Positions 47,165 to 56,408 of a stretch of 64,000 nt of DNA are shown in pieces. Source of the stretch: an uncultured Candidatus Saccharibacteria bacterium (lineage in GTDB: Bacteria > Patescibacteriota > Minisyncoccia > UBA6257); the NCBI GenBank assembly GCA_964479005.1, contig CAYZJA010000002.1, positions 1 to 64,000 of the forward strand, in the 5' to 3' direction. The position numbers and the translations under genes are program-made. The stretch's first letter is position 1; the number at the start of each line of letters is the position of its first letter. The notes below the pieces were generated by a model. That model did not search any database and was not told the origin of the DNA. It saw only the letters and a program-made list of their open reading frames with translations.

Positions 47165-47212
47165 ATAAATACAGGGAACTTAAAGGTTTAAATAGTTTAA
47201 AGTTTAAAGCTA

Positions 47213-47758
47213 TTAAAATTCTATTATTTTCCAAATATTAGAAATTGGTTCCTTTTCTGCTGCAACAAGGTTCAATGGTATTTTTAAGACAGCCTGAGCA
47301 ATTAGATAATTCTCAGTATTATAGACACGAATAACATATGTGTTATTTTCTTTCATTTCCCCTTCCTGGTTATCAGGATTGAATAAGTCTTCAATCATTT
47401 CATTCCATTTATTATTATTTTTGATATCAGTAAAAAATTGCTTATATTCTTCCTGCTTATCTAAAATAAAATACTTACTCGCCAAACCAATGTCCTCCAT
47501 TTTTAAAGCCTGTAAAAACATTCCGTATGTTTCTTCTGGCGTTTCTCCACCATAAGTATCAGCTGCGTATTCTTCTACCTGTTCTTGAATTTTTCTAGCC
47601 AAAATCTCTGCATCTTTTTTATATTGTCGAGCTTGCCGTACTTCTGCGCTAAAATACCAAACTAACCAACTTGTAGTTAATCCTAAAATTAAAAAAATAA
47701 CAAAAATGGAAATATACCGTGATTTAAAAAATTTTATATTTTTTTTCCTATGTTTCAT
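47213..47758 (-). CDS. Hypothetical membrane-anchored protein
   Basis: Single N-terminal TM; no recognised domain; preceded by a structured leader. Confidence 0.5.
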   Translation of the reverse strand: MKHRKKNIKFFKSRYISIFVIFLILGLTTSWLVWYFSAEVRQARQYKKDAEILARKIQEQVEEYAADTYGGETPEETYGMFLQALKMEDIGLASKYFILDKQEEYKQFFTDIKNNNKWNEMIEDLFNPDNQEGEMKENNTYVIRVYNTENYLIAQAVLKIPLNLVAAEKEPISNIWKIIEF

Positions 47759-48184
47759 TTTTTGTTTTTAAAATTTAAAGACCCTTTTACAGGGCCCTGA
47801 AAAGAAAAAACGGTGGGGCTAAAACTCTTCAGAACCCTGTAAAAAGATCCTTAGAACTATCCCCACCGTTTTAATTTTATTTTCTACAATATATCCTACA
47901 AACAAAATCTTCTTCTGTCAAGATAAATTGTGGATAACTTGAAATAACTATATTATTTAGTTAACCGTTATTTTCTGACGTTAACATATTTTCATTTTCT
48001 TTTAAATATCGCATGTTAATTTCTATTTTTAATAATATTATTATACTTTTATAATATCACTTGCCTTTTCTATATACAAATCTAAGTAGTAAAATTCTGC
48101 TTGCAGATTGGGAGCCTGATTCCAATTACTACAATATTAAAATCTGTTTATAAAATCGATAAATGAAATTAGATTTTAAATATA

Positions 48185-48215
48185 AAACCCCACTTTTTTA
48201 AATGGGGTTTTCTTC
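48185..48215. terminator. Bidirectional terminator
   Basis: AAACCCCA-cttttttaaa-TGGGGTTT then T-rich. Confidence 0.55.
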
Positions 48216-48236
48216 TAAGTTTATGGTTTAATAAAC

Positions 48237-48590
48237 TTAATCTATGGAGCTCCAAAATCCCTGCTCCATATTTTTAAAAGTCTCAATAAAACATTCAACT
48301 AATAAGGCTTTTGGAAAAAACTTCTTCGCTATCTTTCCTAAAATTTCCGCGTACTCATTTCTCACCCGAAGGGTTCGAGATGAATAGTCGAAAAGGCCTT
48401 TAACAAAAATAATAATTTCTTCTCCTAGGCCTTCTTTTAATCTATCTTCCGGAAAGAAAACTGAAACCTGATTAGGTCGCAGTCTTAAACTTGGGTTATC
48501 CTGACCTGCATTTTGGAGTTCTTTCAAAAATTCTTTAAGTTTATCTTTAGGATATCTATCTGGGGTCCCATTAACAAAAATTACCGGCAT
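48237..48590 (-). CDS. MIF/tautomerase-superfamily-like protein (Pro-1)
   Basis: MPVIFVNGTPDR resembles the MIF N-terminus MPMFIVNTNVPR; 117 aa; GGAGGT Shine-Dalgarno 8 nt upstream. Confidence 0.45.
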   Translation of the reverse strand: MPVIFVNGTPDRYPKDKLKEFLKELQNAGQDNPSLRLRPNQVSVFFPEDRLKEGLGEEIIIFVKGLFDYSSRTLRVRNEYAEILGKIAKKFFPKALLVECFIETFKNMEQGFWSSID

Positions 48591-48774
48591 TTTCTATAAC
48601 CTCCTTTTAAAAATCTTTTATTCTTTTTCTCTTTTATCTCTTTATAAACATTCTAAAGAAAAAAGATAAAATTCGTGTAATCCAATCGTCTTTCCGGGCG
48701 TACCTACAACGACTTCCCAAAACTCTGCTTATTCCTGCTGGCATCTTTTTCACTCCTTTCAAATTTTTTATTTT

Positions 48775-48978
48775 TTATCTTTTATCTTTCTTTACACCCT
48801 TATTGATAGACAACAATACTTCAATTAGCAATTCACATAAAATAATAAGTACTAATATGTCTGTCCATTTTTCCCATGCATCAGGAAAAAAACCAAAAAT
48901 ACTTAATGCTATGAATCCTATAGCTAAAATATGCAAAAAAGTAGCTATTGCTAAGAAAATCATATTTAATCTTTTCAT
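48775..48978 (-). CDS. Small two-TM membrane protein (67 aa)
   Basis: Two hydrophobic helices; strong Shine-Dalgarno GGAGGT 7 nt upstream. Confidence 0.45.
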   Translation of the reverse strand: MKRLNMIFLAIATFLHILAIGFIALSIFGFFPDAWEKWTDILVLIILCELLIEVLLSINKGVKKDKR

Positions 48979-49184
48979 ATTTTTACCTCCTTTAATAAAA
49001 TTTTTTAATAATACACACCAGGAAACTAGCCACTAACAAAGATAATAACCAATTTCCTTGTGTGTATCAGAAGGTACTCTTTTCAAAGAACAAAAGATAT
49101 CCTATTACAGGATATCATAAATATAACATATTTTATGTTAAAGGTCAATATCTATCTCTAATTGTTTCGTAAGCTCGCAACAAA

Positions 49185-49210
49185 CAAAAATCGCCTTTTT
49201 GGCGATTTTC
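49185..49210. terminator. Bidirectional terminator hairpin downstream of rpsP (sequence shared with 20300)
   Basis: AAAATCGCC-ttttt-GGCGATTTT. Confidence 0.55.
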
Positions 49211-49242
49211 GTCTTAATCATAAATAAAATAACTTAAAATAA

Positions 49243-49812
49243 TTATTTTTCTGTTTTTTCTTTTGGCGCTTCCTCTTTTTCCGCCTTCTTTTTTATGTCT
49301 TTTTTAGATTTCTCTTTTACTTCCTCTTTCTTCTCTTCGGTTTTAACTCCCTTTTTCTTTTCTTCCTTTTTTCCCTCAACCTTTGTTTCTTCAACAGGTT
49401 TTTCTTCTGCTTTTTCTTCAGGTTTCTTCTTGGGTTTCCCTTCAGTTGGTTTTTCTTCAATTGGCTTTTCTTCAGTTGCTGGCGCTTGCTCTGTTTTCTC
49501 AACAGACCCAGTTTCAGCTTCATCTTTTACTTTTTTCTCTTTCTTTTTCCTAATATTAATAGGCCTTTTCTTACCTTCAATAATTTTTGCTCGTACTAAA
49601 AGATTATAACAAGAATCTGAGGGCTGAGCCCCTTGGCTGATCCAATAAAGAATTCTTTCTTTTTTTAATTCAAATTTATTTATTCGCGGGTCCCACCATC
49701 CTAAAATTTCTTTTGATTTGCCGCTATTAATGGCAACTTTAGAATCAACGGCTATAATCCGAAAAATAAAATCCTTTTTTTTACCTTGTCTTTGAAATCG
49801 TAAAGTTAACAT
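49243..49812 (-). CDS. rpsP: Ribosomal protein S16 with ~110-aa Lys/Glu-rich C-terminal extension
   Basis: MLTLRFQRQGKKKDFIFRIIAVD...WWDP S16 core; KEKE-type tail. Confidence 0.9.
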   Translation of the reverse strand: MLTLRFQRQGKKKDFIFRIIAVDSKVAINSGKSKEILGWWDPRINKFELKKERILYWISQGAQPSDSCYNLLVRAKIIEGKKRPINIRKKKEKKVKDEAETGSVEKTEQAPATEEKPIEEKPTEGKPKKKPEEKAEEKPVEETKVEGKKEEKKKGVKTEEKKEEVKEKSKKDIKKKAEKEEAPKEKTEK

Positions 49813-49852
49813 AGTTTTAATATCCTAATTGAAAATGTTTAAAAAGTCAATT

Positions 49853-51964
49853 TTATATATCCAAATTTCTTACTTTCTGAGCATAAGCTTGAATGAATTT
49901 TTTTCTTGGTAAAACTTCTTTGCCCATTAAAATATCAAATAATCTGTCTGCTTCTTCCGCATCTTCAATAGTAACTTGCTTTAAAACCCTCTGATCAGGA
50001 TCCATTGTTGTATTCCATAATTGATCAGGATTCATTTCTCCTAATCCTTTATATCGTTGAATAGAAATTCCTTTCATTAATTCCTCGTGGCTACCCTCAG
50101 AAATCCCTTCTTTTTCTACAGCCAAAATAGCTTTGCCTTTACCTTCTTCAACTAATTTTAATTTTCGTACCTTAGATTTGGAAGGCTTCTCTTTTTTTTC
50201 TTTTACCTTACCCTGTAATTTCATTAATATCTTTAATGTCTGCAATTTCTCCTCTTTTTCTGATTCTGTATAAGCGTAATGTATTTCTTTTCCTTTTTGA
50301 ATACGATACAGAGGAGGTTGGGCAATATAAAGATAGCCAGCTTCAATAATTGGTCTAAAGTAACGGAAAAATAATGTTAAAAGCAAACTGCGGATATGAG
50401 CGCCGTCGACATCTGCGTCACTAGCGACAATTATTTTATGATAGCGTAATCTATTTATGTTAAAATCCTCGCTTATTGCTGTTCCTAAAGCCACTATTAA
50501 AGCTTTTATCTCTTCAGAAGTCATCATCTTATCAAAACGGCTTTTTTCTACATTCAAAATCTTACCTTTTAAAGGAAGAATCGCTTGCGTATTTCTATCC
50601 CTTCCCATTTTGCTCGAGCCTCCGGCAGAATCGCCCTCAACTATAAATAATTCTGATTCTTCTGCATTTTTTGAAATACAATCAGCTAATTTTCCAGGCA
50701 AAGTCATTCCTTCTAAAACCCCTTTTCTAAGAATATTCTCCCGAGCTTTTTTGGCAGCCTGCCGGGCTCGAGCGCTTAATAAAGATTTCTCAAGAATCCT
50801 TTTAGCGTCTTCCTTATTAGCTTCTAAAAACTCTTTAAAGTTTTCCCCCACAACTTTTTCTACAACAGTTCGCACTTCTGGGTTACCTAATTTTGCTTTT
50901 GTTTGCCCTTCAAATTGAGGTTCTCTTAATTTTACGCTAATCACTACCACTAATCCTTCACGGGTATCTTCACCAGCAAAACCTTTATCTCCATTTTTAA
51001 ATATTCCCTGCTCCTTAGTATAATCATTTAAGGTTCTTGTTAGTGCCGACCTAAAACCAGTCAAATGCATGCCTCCTTCCGGAGTATGAATATTATTAGC
51101 AAAAGCTTTTTCTGTGCTTTCAGAATCATCTGTATAAAGTAAGGCAACCTCAACTAAAATTCCTTCCTTCTCTTGCTTAACATAAAAAACATTATTAGTT
51201 AGGCAATGGGTATCTCTTGCCAAATATTGAACTAAAGTGATAATTCCGCTTTCAAAATAAAAAGTATAAGAGGGAATAAGAGCACCCTCCCTATTATCTT
51301 CAAATTTGATTGTAGTGCCTGGAGTAAGATATGCTTGTTGCCTTAGATGATCAAGAATTTTTTTTGTATCAAATCTAATTTCTTTAAAAATTTCTGGATC
51401 GGGTTCAAAAACAATTTTCGTCCCCGATTTTTCGCATTCCCCTATCTTTTTTATCTTTGCTTTAGTTTTACCCCGACTGTATTCCTGCATATACAAAAGA
51501 CCGTCCCTGCAAACTTCTGCTTGTAAATATTCTGAAAGGGCATTTACAACTGAAACTCCAACACCATGTAATCCACCAGCAACTTTATAAGAACTCCCTC
51601 CAAATTTTCCCCCAGCATGAAGAGTACACATTACTGTTTCTAATGCTGATTTTTTCGTCTTTTTATGGATATCCACAGGAATTCCTCTACCATCATCTGT
51701 TACAGCCACTTTATTTTCTTTTAATATCTGTATTTTAATATTCTTGGCATAACCACCCATTGCTTCATCAATAGAATTATCAACACATTCCCAAATTAAA
51801 TGGTGTAAACCCTCAGGACCAGTAGATCCAATATACATACCAGGTCTTTTTCGAACCGGGTCCAATCCTTCTAAAACATAAATGTCTTTGGCTGTATAAG
51901 AATTCTCCTCTATATTATTGAGGAAGTCTTTAACTTTTTTTGTTTTTTTTACAGATTTAATCAT
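49853..51964 (-). CDS. gyrB: DNA gyrase subunit B
   Basis: GHKL ATPase, Toprim domain; EGDSAGGS and PLKGKILNVEK motifs. Confidence 0.95.
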   Translation of the reverse strand: MIKSVKKTKKVKDFLNNIEENSYTAKDIYVLEGLDPVRKRPGMYIGSTGPEGLHHLIWECVDNSIDEAMGGYAKNIKIQILKENKVAVTDDGRGIPVDIHKKTKKSALETVMCTLHAGGKFGGSSYKVAGGLHGVGVSVVNALSEYLQAEVCRDGLLYMQEYSRGKTKAKIKKIGECEKSGTKIVFEPDPEIFKEIRFDTKKILDHLRQQAYLTPGTTIKFEDNREGALIPSYTFYFESGIITLVQYLARDTHCLTNNVFYVKQEKEGILVEVALLYTDDSESTEKAFANNIHTPEGGMHLTGFRSALTRTLNDYTKEQGIFKNGDKGFAGEDTREGLVVVISVKLREPQFEGQTKAKLGNPEVRTVVEKVVGENFKEFLEANKEDAKRILEKSLLSARARQAAKKARENILRKGVLEGMTLPGKLADCISKNAEESELFIVEGDSAGGSSKMGRDRNTQAILPLKGKILNVEKSRFDKMMTSEEIKALIVALGTAISEDFNINRLRYHKIIVASDADVDGAHIRSLLLTLFFRYFRPIIEAGYLYIAQPPLYRIQKGKEIHYAYTESEKEEKLQTLKILMKLQGKVKEKKEKPSKSKVRKLKLVEEGKGKAILAVEKEGISEGSHEELMKGISIQRYKGLGEMNPDQLWNTTMDPDQRVLKQVTIEDAEEADRLFDILMGKEVLPRKKFIQAYAQKVRNLDI

Positions 51965-51969
51965 ATTAA

Positions 51970-54030
51970 TTATCGTATTTTCGCCCCAATACCCCTCAAT
52001 ACTTTATAAATTTTCTTCATTTCTTTATCAACCTCTTCGTTTTTTAAAGTATGATCATTGGCGCGAAAAGTTAAATGAAAAGACAAACTTTTGGTGTCTG
52101 ATGAAAGACTTTTCCCCGCATATATATCAAACAAATCCACATCTTCAAGGTTGATTGGAGAAGTCTTTTGAATAACACTTAATATTTTATCCACTAAGAT
52201 ATTCTGAGCAATAATAAAAGAAATATCCCTAATAATTGCCGGGTATTTTGGAAGTGGTTGGAATTCTCTTTCTTCTTTAATAATTTCCAATAAAGGCAAA
52301 AGTTTGATTTCCCAAAAAACCGATTTCCCTTCGCAATCATACTTTTTTAATATATCTTTTTTAGGGTTGCCTATGACGCCAATTAACTCTTTGCCTTTAT
52401 AAATAGCGGCTCCTTGTTCTAATAAAAACGAATACCCAGTGCCTTCTAATGATTTAAAACTATAATTATCTCTATCAATACCAAAGCGACTAAATAAATC
52501 TTCAATAATTCCCTTTGCTTGATAAAATATAGAAGAATCATCACATTTTTCTTTTTGAGCTAAAACGCCTGAAAAAACAAAATATTCTTTCAAGTTTTTA
52601 CTCTCTTTAAGATATGTTTTGCCTATTTCAAAGAATCTGATTTTATCAGCAAAACTGAAATTATAATTTATGTTTTTTAGAAAATTGATTAAAAGAGTCG
52701 AGCGTAAATATTTAGTCAAAGCACTGGTTGGATTTTGTATCCCTATAAGTTTCTGTTGCCATTTATTAGGCAAAATATCTTTATCTTTTTCTGATATAAA
52801 TGAATAATTATATACCTCTTCTAAACCATAGTCCTTAAGCCAATCTTTTACTTGTTTTCGGAATTCAAAAAACTCATTTTGCAAAGGAAGAGTTAGTATT
52901 TCCTGTGGAATAATAGAATCTATTTTATCAATCCCATACAAACGGGCTACTTCACCCATTACATCTTCTTTTATTTTTATATCATTTCGAAAAGGTGGCG
53001 GGGAAATTAAAAAATATTTTTTCCTTTCTTGAATAGAAAAGCCTAAAAGAGAAAGATATTGAATAACCTCCTTTTTTTTAATTGGCCATCCCAAAAACTT
53101 TTCCCAGTTTTCCCATTTAATAGGAATTAATATTTTTTCTTCTTTAGAAATCCTTTGCCCTGCTTTTCCTTTTAATATATCTCCCCCAGCTAATTCTTGG
53201 ATTAACTGAGCCAAACGATCAATTGCGTAATCAGCTATTTCCAAGGGAATATTATGTTCAAATCTCCAAGAGGCATCTGTTCTCAATCCTAATTTTTTAG
53301 AAGTTAGCCGAATATTTACCCCGTTAAAGTTAGCGCTTTCTAAAACTATATTTGTTGTATTTTTACTAATTCCGGCAATTTTCCCTCCTTTTATCCCAGC
53401 CAAAGCTAATGGATTTTTATTGTCAGCAATAAGTATTGCGCCCTTATCTAAATCATATGTTTCATCTTCCAAAGTGGTAATTTTTTCATTCTTCTTAGCC
53501 TGCCTTATAATTATTTCCTTTTTAATCTTTTTGTTAGCAACAACTGATTTATCACTAATTTTATCAAAATCAAAAACATGAAGAGGCTGACCTGTTTCCA
53601 GCATTACATAATTAGCAACATCTACAATGTTATTAATGGAACGTACGCCACAATCAGTTAATGCGTCTTTTAACCATTTCGAAGATACTTTTATTCTCAC
53701 TCCTTGAAGCAATCTTGCTAAATAATAATTACAATTTTGATCTTTTATTTTAACATTCAAAAAATCTTTAGCAAATATATCTTTTTCCTTCAAATTAATT
53801 TTAGGATAAATAAATTTTTTTCCTAAAATCGCTCCAATTTCTCTAGCCAAACCTAAATGACCCGACGCTTCAGCAACTTGATTAGATAAAAGTTCCACAT
53901 CTAAAACAGGTCTCCTGCCATGATATTTAACTGTCGTTTCAGCAAAATACATCGTTAAAATATCTGCCAGTTTTTCAGGCGTTTCTTTAAACTTCAATAA
54001 ATCTTTTAACCAATTATATGAAAATTTCAT
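51970..54030 (-). CDS. pheT: Phenylalanyl-tRNA synthetase beta subunit (reduced; no OB-fold tRNA-binding domain)
   Basis: B3/4 and B5 domains plus C-terminal anticodon-binding domain; 686 aa. Confidence 0.9.
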   Translation of the reverse strand: MKFSYNWLKDLLKFKETPEKLADILTMYFAETTVKYHGRRPVLDVELLSNQVAEASGHLGLAREIGAILGKKFIYPKINLKEKDIFAKDFLNVKIKDQNCNYYLARLLQGVRIKVSSKWLKDALTDCGVRSINNIVDVANYVMLETGQPLHVFDFDKISDKSVVANKKIKKEIIIRQAKKNEKITTLEDETYDLDKGAILIADNKNPLALAGIKGGKIAGISKNTTNIVLESANFNGVNIRLTSKKLGLRTDASWRFEHNIPLEIADYAIDRLAQLIQELAGGDILKGKAGQRISKEEKILIPIKWENWEKFLGWPIKKKEVIQYLSLLGFSIQERKKYFLISPPPFRNDIKIKEDVMGEVARLYGIDKIDSIIPQEILTLPLQNEFFEFRKQVKDWLKDYGLEEVYNYSFISEKDKDILPNKWQQKLIGIQNPTSALTKYLRSTLLINFLKNINYNFSFADKIRFFEIGKTYLKESKNLKEYFVFSGVLAQKEKCDDSSIFYQAKGIIEDLFSRFGIDRDNYSFKSLEGTGYSFLLEQGAAIYKGKELIGVIGNPKKDILKKYDCEGKSVFWEIKLLPLLEIIKEEREFQPLPKYPAIIRDISFIIAQNILVDKILSVIQKTSPINLEDVDLFDIYAGKSLSSDTKSLSFHLTFRANDHTLKNEEVDKEMKKIYKVLRGIGAKIR

Positions 54031-54033
54031 AAT

Positions 54034-55032
54034 TTAAAATTGTTCCAAAAATCTTATGTCCGAAGAGAAAAATAATCTAATATCGTCAATATGATATTTA
54101 ATCATGGCAATTCTTTCCACTCCAAGCCCAAAAGCAAAACCCTGCCAGAGATTAGCCTCATATCCCATCCTTTTAAATAAATCTGGATGAACCATACCTG
54201 CACCCATTATTTCCAACCATTCGTTTGTATCTTGTTTTTTGCTTTTTGTTTCTTGCTTGAGCTTTATATCCACTTCAACACCAGGAGATACAAAAGGAAA
54301 ATAACTTGGCCTAAAACGAACTAAAACCTGTTGTTTGAAAATATCTTTTACAGTCTCTTCAATAACAGCTTTAAAATTAGATAGACTAATATTTTCTCCG
54401 ACCATCAACCCCTCTATTTGATGAAATTGAATTTCATGAGAAGCATCAGTCGCTTCATGACGAAAACATTTACCAGGAACAATTATACGAAAAGGCGGTT
54501 GATTAGTTTCCATATAACGAACTTGCATTGGGCTAGTATGCGTCCGCAATAACAATTTTGGCTTTATCCAAAGCGTATCCCACATTTCTCTTGCAGGATG
54601 ACCAGCAGGAATATTCAAGGCATCAAAATTATAATATTCAGTTTCTATTTCAGGCCCTTCTATAATGGAAAAACCCATTTTTTGGAAAGAATCAGTTATA
54701 TCACGTAAAATCAATGTCAAAGGGTGAAGATGCCCTTGGTGGATTTTCTCGCCTGGCTGAGTAATATCAATAAAATCCGAAGGAAAAGAAAAATTAGTTT
54801 CTAAAACTCCCTTCTTCTTCTTATACAGAGAGGAAAAAAATTGACGAAAAGCATTGGCTTTTTGCCCTCGTTTTTTCTTTTCTTTTAATGGTAATCCTAC
54901 CAAAGAATTAAAAAATAAAGAAAGGACGCTTTTCCTCCCTAAATATTTAATACGCCATTTTTCTAAATCTGATGTATTTTTAATTAAAGAAATACTATTT
55001 TCAGCTTCCTTTTTTATTTGTTCTAAATCCAT
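54034..55032 (-). CDS. pheS: Phenylalanyl-tRNA synthetase alpha subunit
   Basis: Class II motifs FRPSYFPFVSPGVEVD and GAGMVHP. Confidence 0.95.
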   Translation of the reverse strand: MDLEQIKKEAENSISLIKNTSDLEKWRIKYLGRKSVLSLFFNSLVGLPLKEKKKRGQKANAFRQFFSSLYKKKKGVLETNFSFPSDFIDITQPGEKIHQGHLHPLTLILRDITDSFQKMGFSIIEGPEIETEYYNFDALNIPAGHPAREMWDTLWIKPKLLLRTHTSPMQVRYMETNQPPFRIIVPGKCFRHEATDASHEIQFHQIEGLMVGENISLSNFKAVIEETVKDIFKQQVLVRFRPSYFPFVSPGVEVDIKLKQETKSKKQDTNEWLEIMGAGMVHPDLFKRMGYEANLWQGFAFGLGVERIAMIKYHIDDIRLFFSSDIRFLEQF

Positions 55033-55185
55033 TGTGCGCTTTTTAATACCTCTATTTTAACGCTTATAGTTAATTTTACTCTAAAATATTGATTTTTTCA
55101 AGCGAAAACTGAGGAAAAAATAGTTCTCCTTGCGAAAAAATGAAAAAAATTATACAATAAAATAGCTAAATTTTTAAATATTATC

Positions 55186-55911
55186 ATGTCAGGACATTCT
55201 AAGTGGTCTAAGGTAAAATACCAAAAAGCTGTTAAAGACCCAAAAAGAGCCAAGGCTTTTTCTAAATTAACAGCCATAATCACTGTAGCGGCAAAAGACG
55301 GTGGAAATATAGATTCCAATTCTAAATTAAAAATGGCTGTTGACAAAGCAAAAGAATTTGGAATGCCTAAAGAAAATATTGAGAGAGCTATAAGTAGGGG
55401 GTCTGGCGAATTAGATGATGGAAAGAAAATTGATGAAATTTTTTGCGAGGCTTATGGTCCAGGGGGCTCAGCTCTTTTAATCCATGCGATTACAGATAAT
55501 AAAAACCGCACCTTAGCTGAACTACGGCATTTACTTCAAGAGCATGGGGCTAAAATGGCAGATACTGGAAGTGTCCGCTGGATGTTTAAAGAATTAGGAA
55601 AAATTATCTTGCCTAAAAAATTTTGGAATGATGATATTTCACTAGAAGCCATTGAAAATGGGGCCGAAGAAATAAAAGAAGAAGATGAAAAAATTATAAT
55701 TTACACTGATCCGCAAAACCTCGCTTCAATTAAAGATTTTCTTGAAAAAAAAATAGGCCAAGATGTTATTAAGGCTGAATTTGATTTTATCAGCCAACAA
55801 CCAATAAAAATTACCGATAAAGGAACAAAAGCAAAGTTGGATAATCTATTCGATGCTTTAGATGAACATGATGATGTAGAAGAAATTTATTGTAACGCTG
55901 ATTTATTGTAA
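55186..55911 (+). CDS. yebC: YebC/PmpR family transcriptional regulator
   Basis: MSGHSKWSKVKYQKAVKD N-terminus. Confidence 0.9.
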   Translation: MSGHSKWSKVKYQKAVKDPKRAKAFSKLTAIITVAAKDGGNIDSNSKLKMAVDKAKEFGMPKENIERAISRGSGELDDGKKIDEIFCEAYGPGGSALLIHAITDNKNRTLAELRHLLQEHGAKMADTGSVRWMFKELGKIILPKKFWNDDISLEAIENGAEEIKEEDEKIIIYTDPQNLASIKDFLEKKIGQDVIKAEFDFISQQPIKITDKGTKAKLDNLFDALDEHDDVEEIYCNADLL

Positions 55912-55918
55912 CAAAACA

Positions 55919-56401
55919 ATGATAATTTTAGGTATTGATCCCGGAACAACTCGAACAGGATGGGCTTTTCTCCGTGTTGGAAGAAAAAATATTAAACCAA
56001 TAGATTATGGGTGTTTGGAGATATCCAAAGAAAGCCAAGGTGAAAGGCTAGAAATAATTGCCAAGGACCTTAATTCATTAATCAAAAAATACAAGCCATC
56101 AATAGTAGCCATAGAAAAAATATTTTTCTTTAAAAACGCTAAAACCGTTATGAGCATTAGCGAAGCCAGAGGCGTTATTCTGTTAGTTGCTCAAAAAAAC
56201 CATTTAAAATGTATTGAATTAACACCGCTTGAAATCAAGCAAAATCTTATAGGTTATGGAAGAGCGAATAAAAAAGATGTCCAAAAAACAATTCAATGTT
56301 TTTTCTCTTTAGAAACAATGCCCAAGCCCGATGATATTGCAGACGCTTTAGCTGTTGCCTTAGCAGGAGTTAATAAATTGGGAATAAAATATTCAAATTA
56401 A
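55919..56401 (+). CDS. ruvC: Holliday junction resolvase RuvC
   Basis: ILGIDPGTTRTGWA start and RNase H-like fold. Confidence 0.9.
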   Translation: MIILGIDPGTTRTGWAFLRVGRKNIKPIDYGCLEISKESQGERLEIIAKDLNSLIKKYKPSIVAIEKIFFFKNAKTVMSISEARGVILLVAQKNHLKCIELTPLEIKQNLIGYGRANKKDVQKTIQCFFSLETMPKPDDIADALAVALAGVNKLGIKYSN

Positions 56402-56408
56402 AACAAAA

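Noticed and set aside
47929-47937. Perfect DnaA box TGTGGATAA far from oriC
   Set aside because: A single 9-mer is expected by chance about 0.5 times in 64 kb on two strands, so it is not reported as a feature.
47759-48236. Possible housekeeping ncRNA (tmRNA, RNase P RNA, SRP RNA) in the long intergenic gap
   Set aside because: No tRNA-like T-arm (GGTTCGAntCC) outside the annotated tRNAs, and no RNase P or SRP signature strings were found by eye. The region is left as unexplained structured or AT-rich DNA.
48803-49036. 77-aa plus-strand ORF
   Set aside because: Antisense to the small two-TM protein gene, which has a strong Shine-Dalgarno sequence.
49317-49523. 68-aa extremely basic ORF
   Set aside because: Alternate frame of the Lys/Glu-rich S16 tail on the same strand; a low-complexity artefact.
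55098-55346. 82-aa minus-strand ORF in the pheS/yebC intergenic region
   Set aside because: Overlaps the yebC start in antisense, with no RBS or features; likely spurious.
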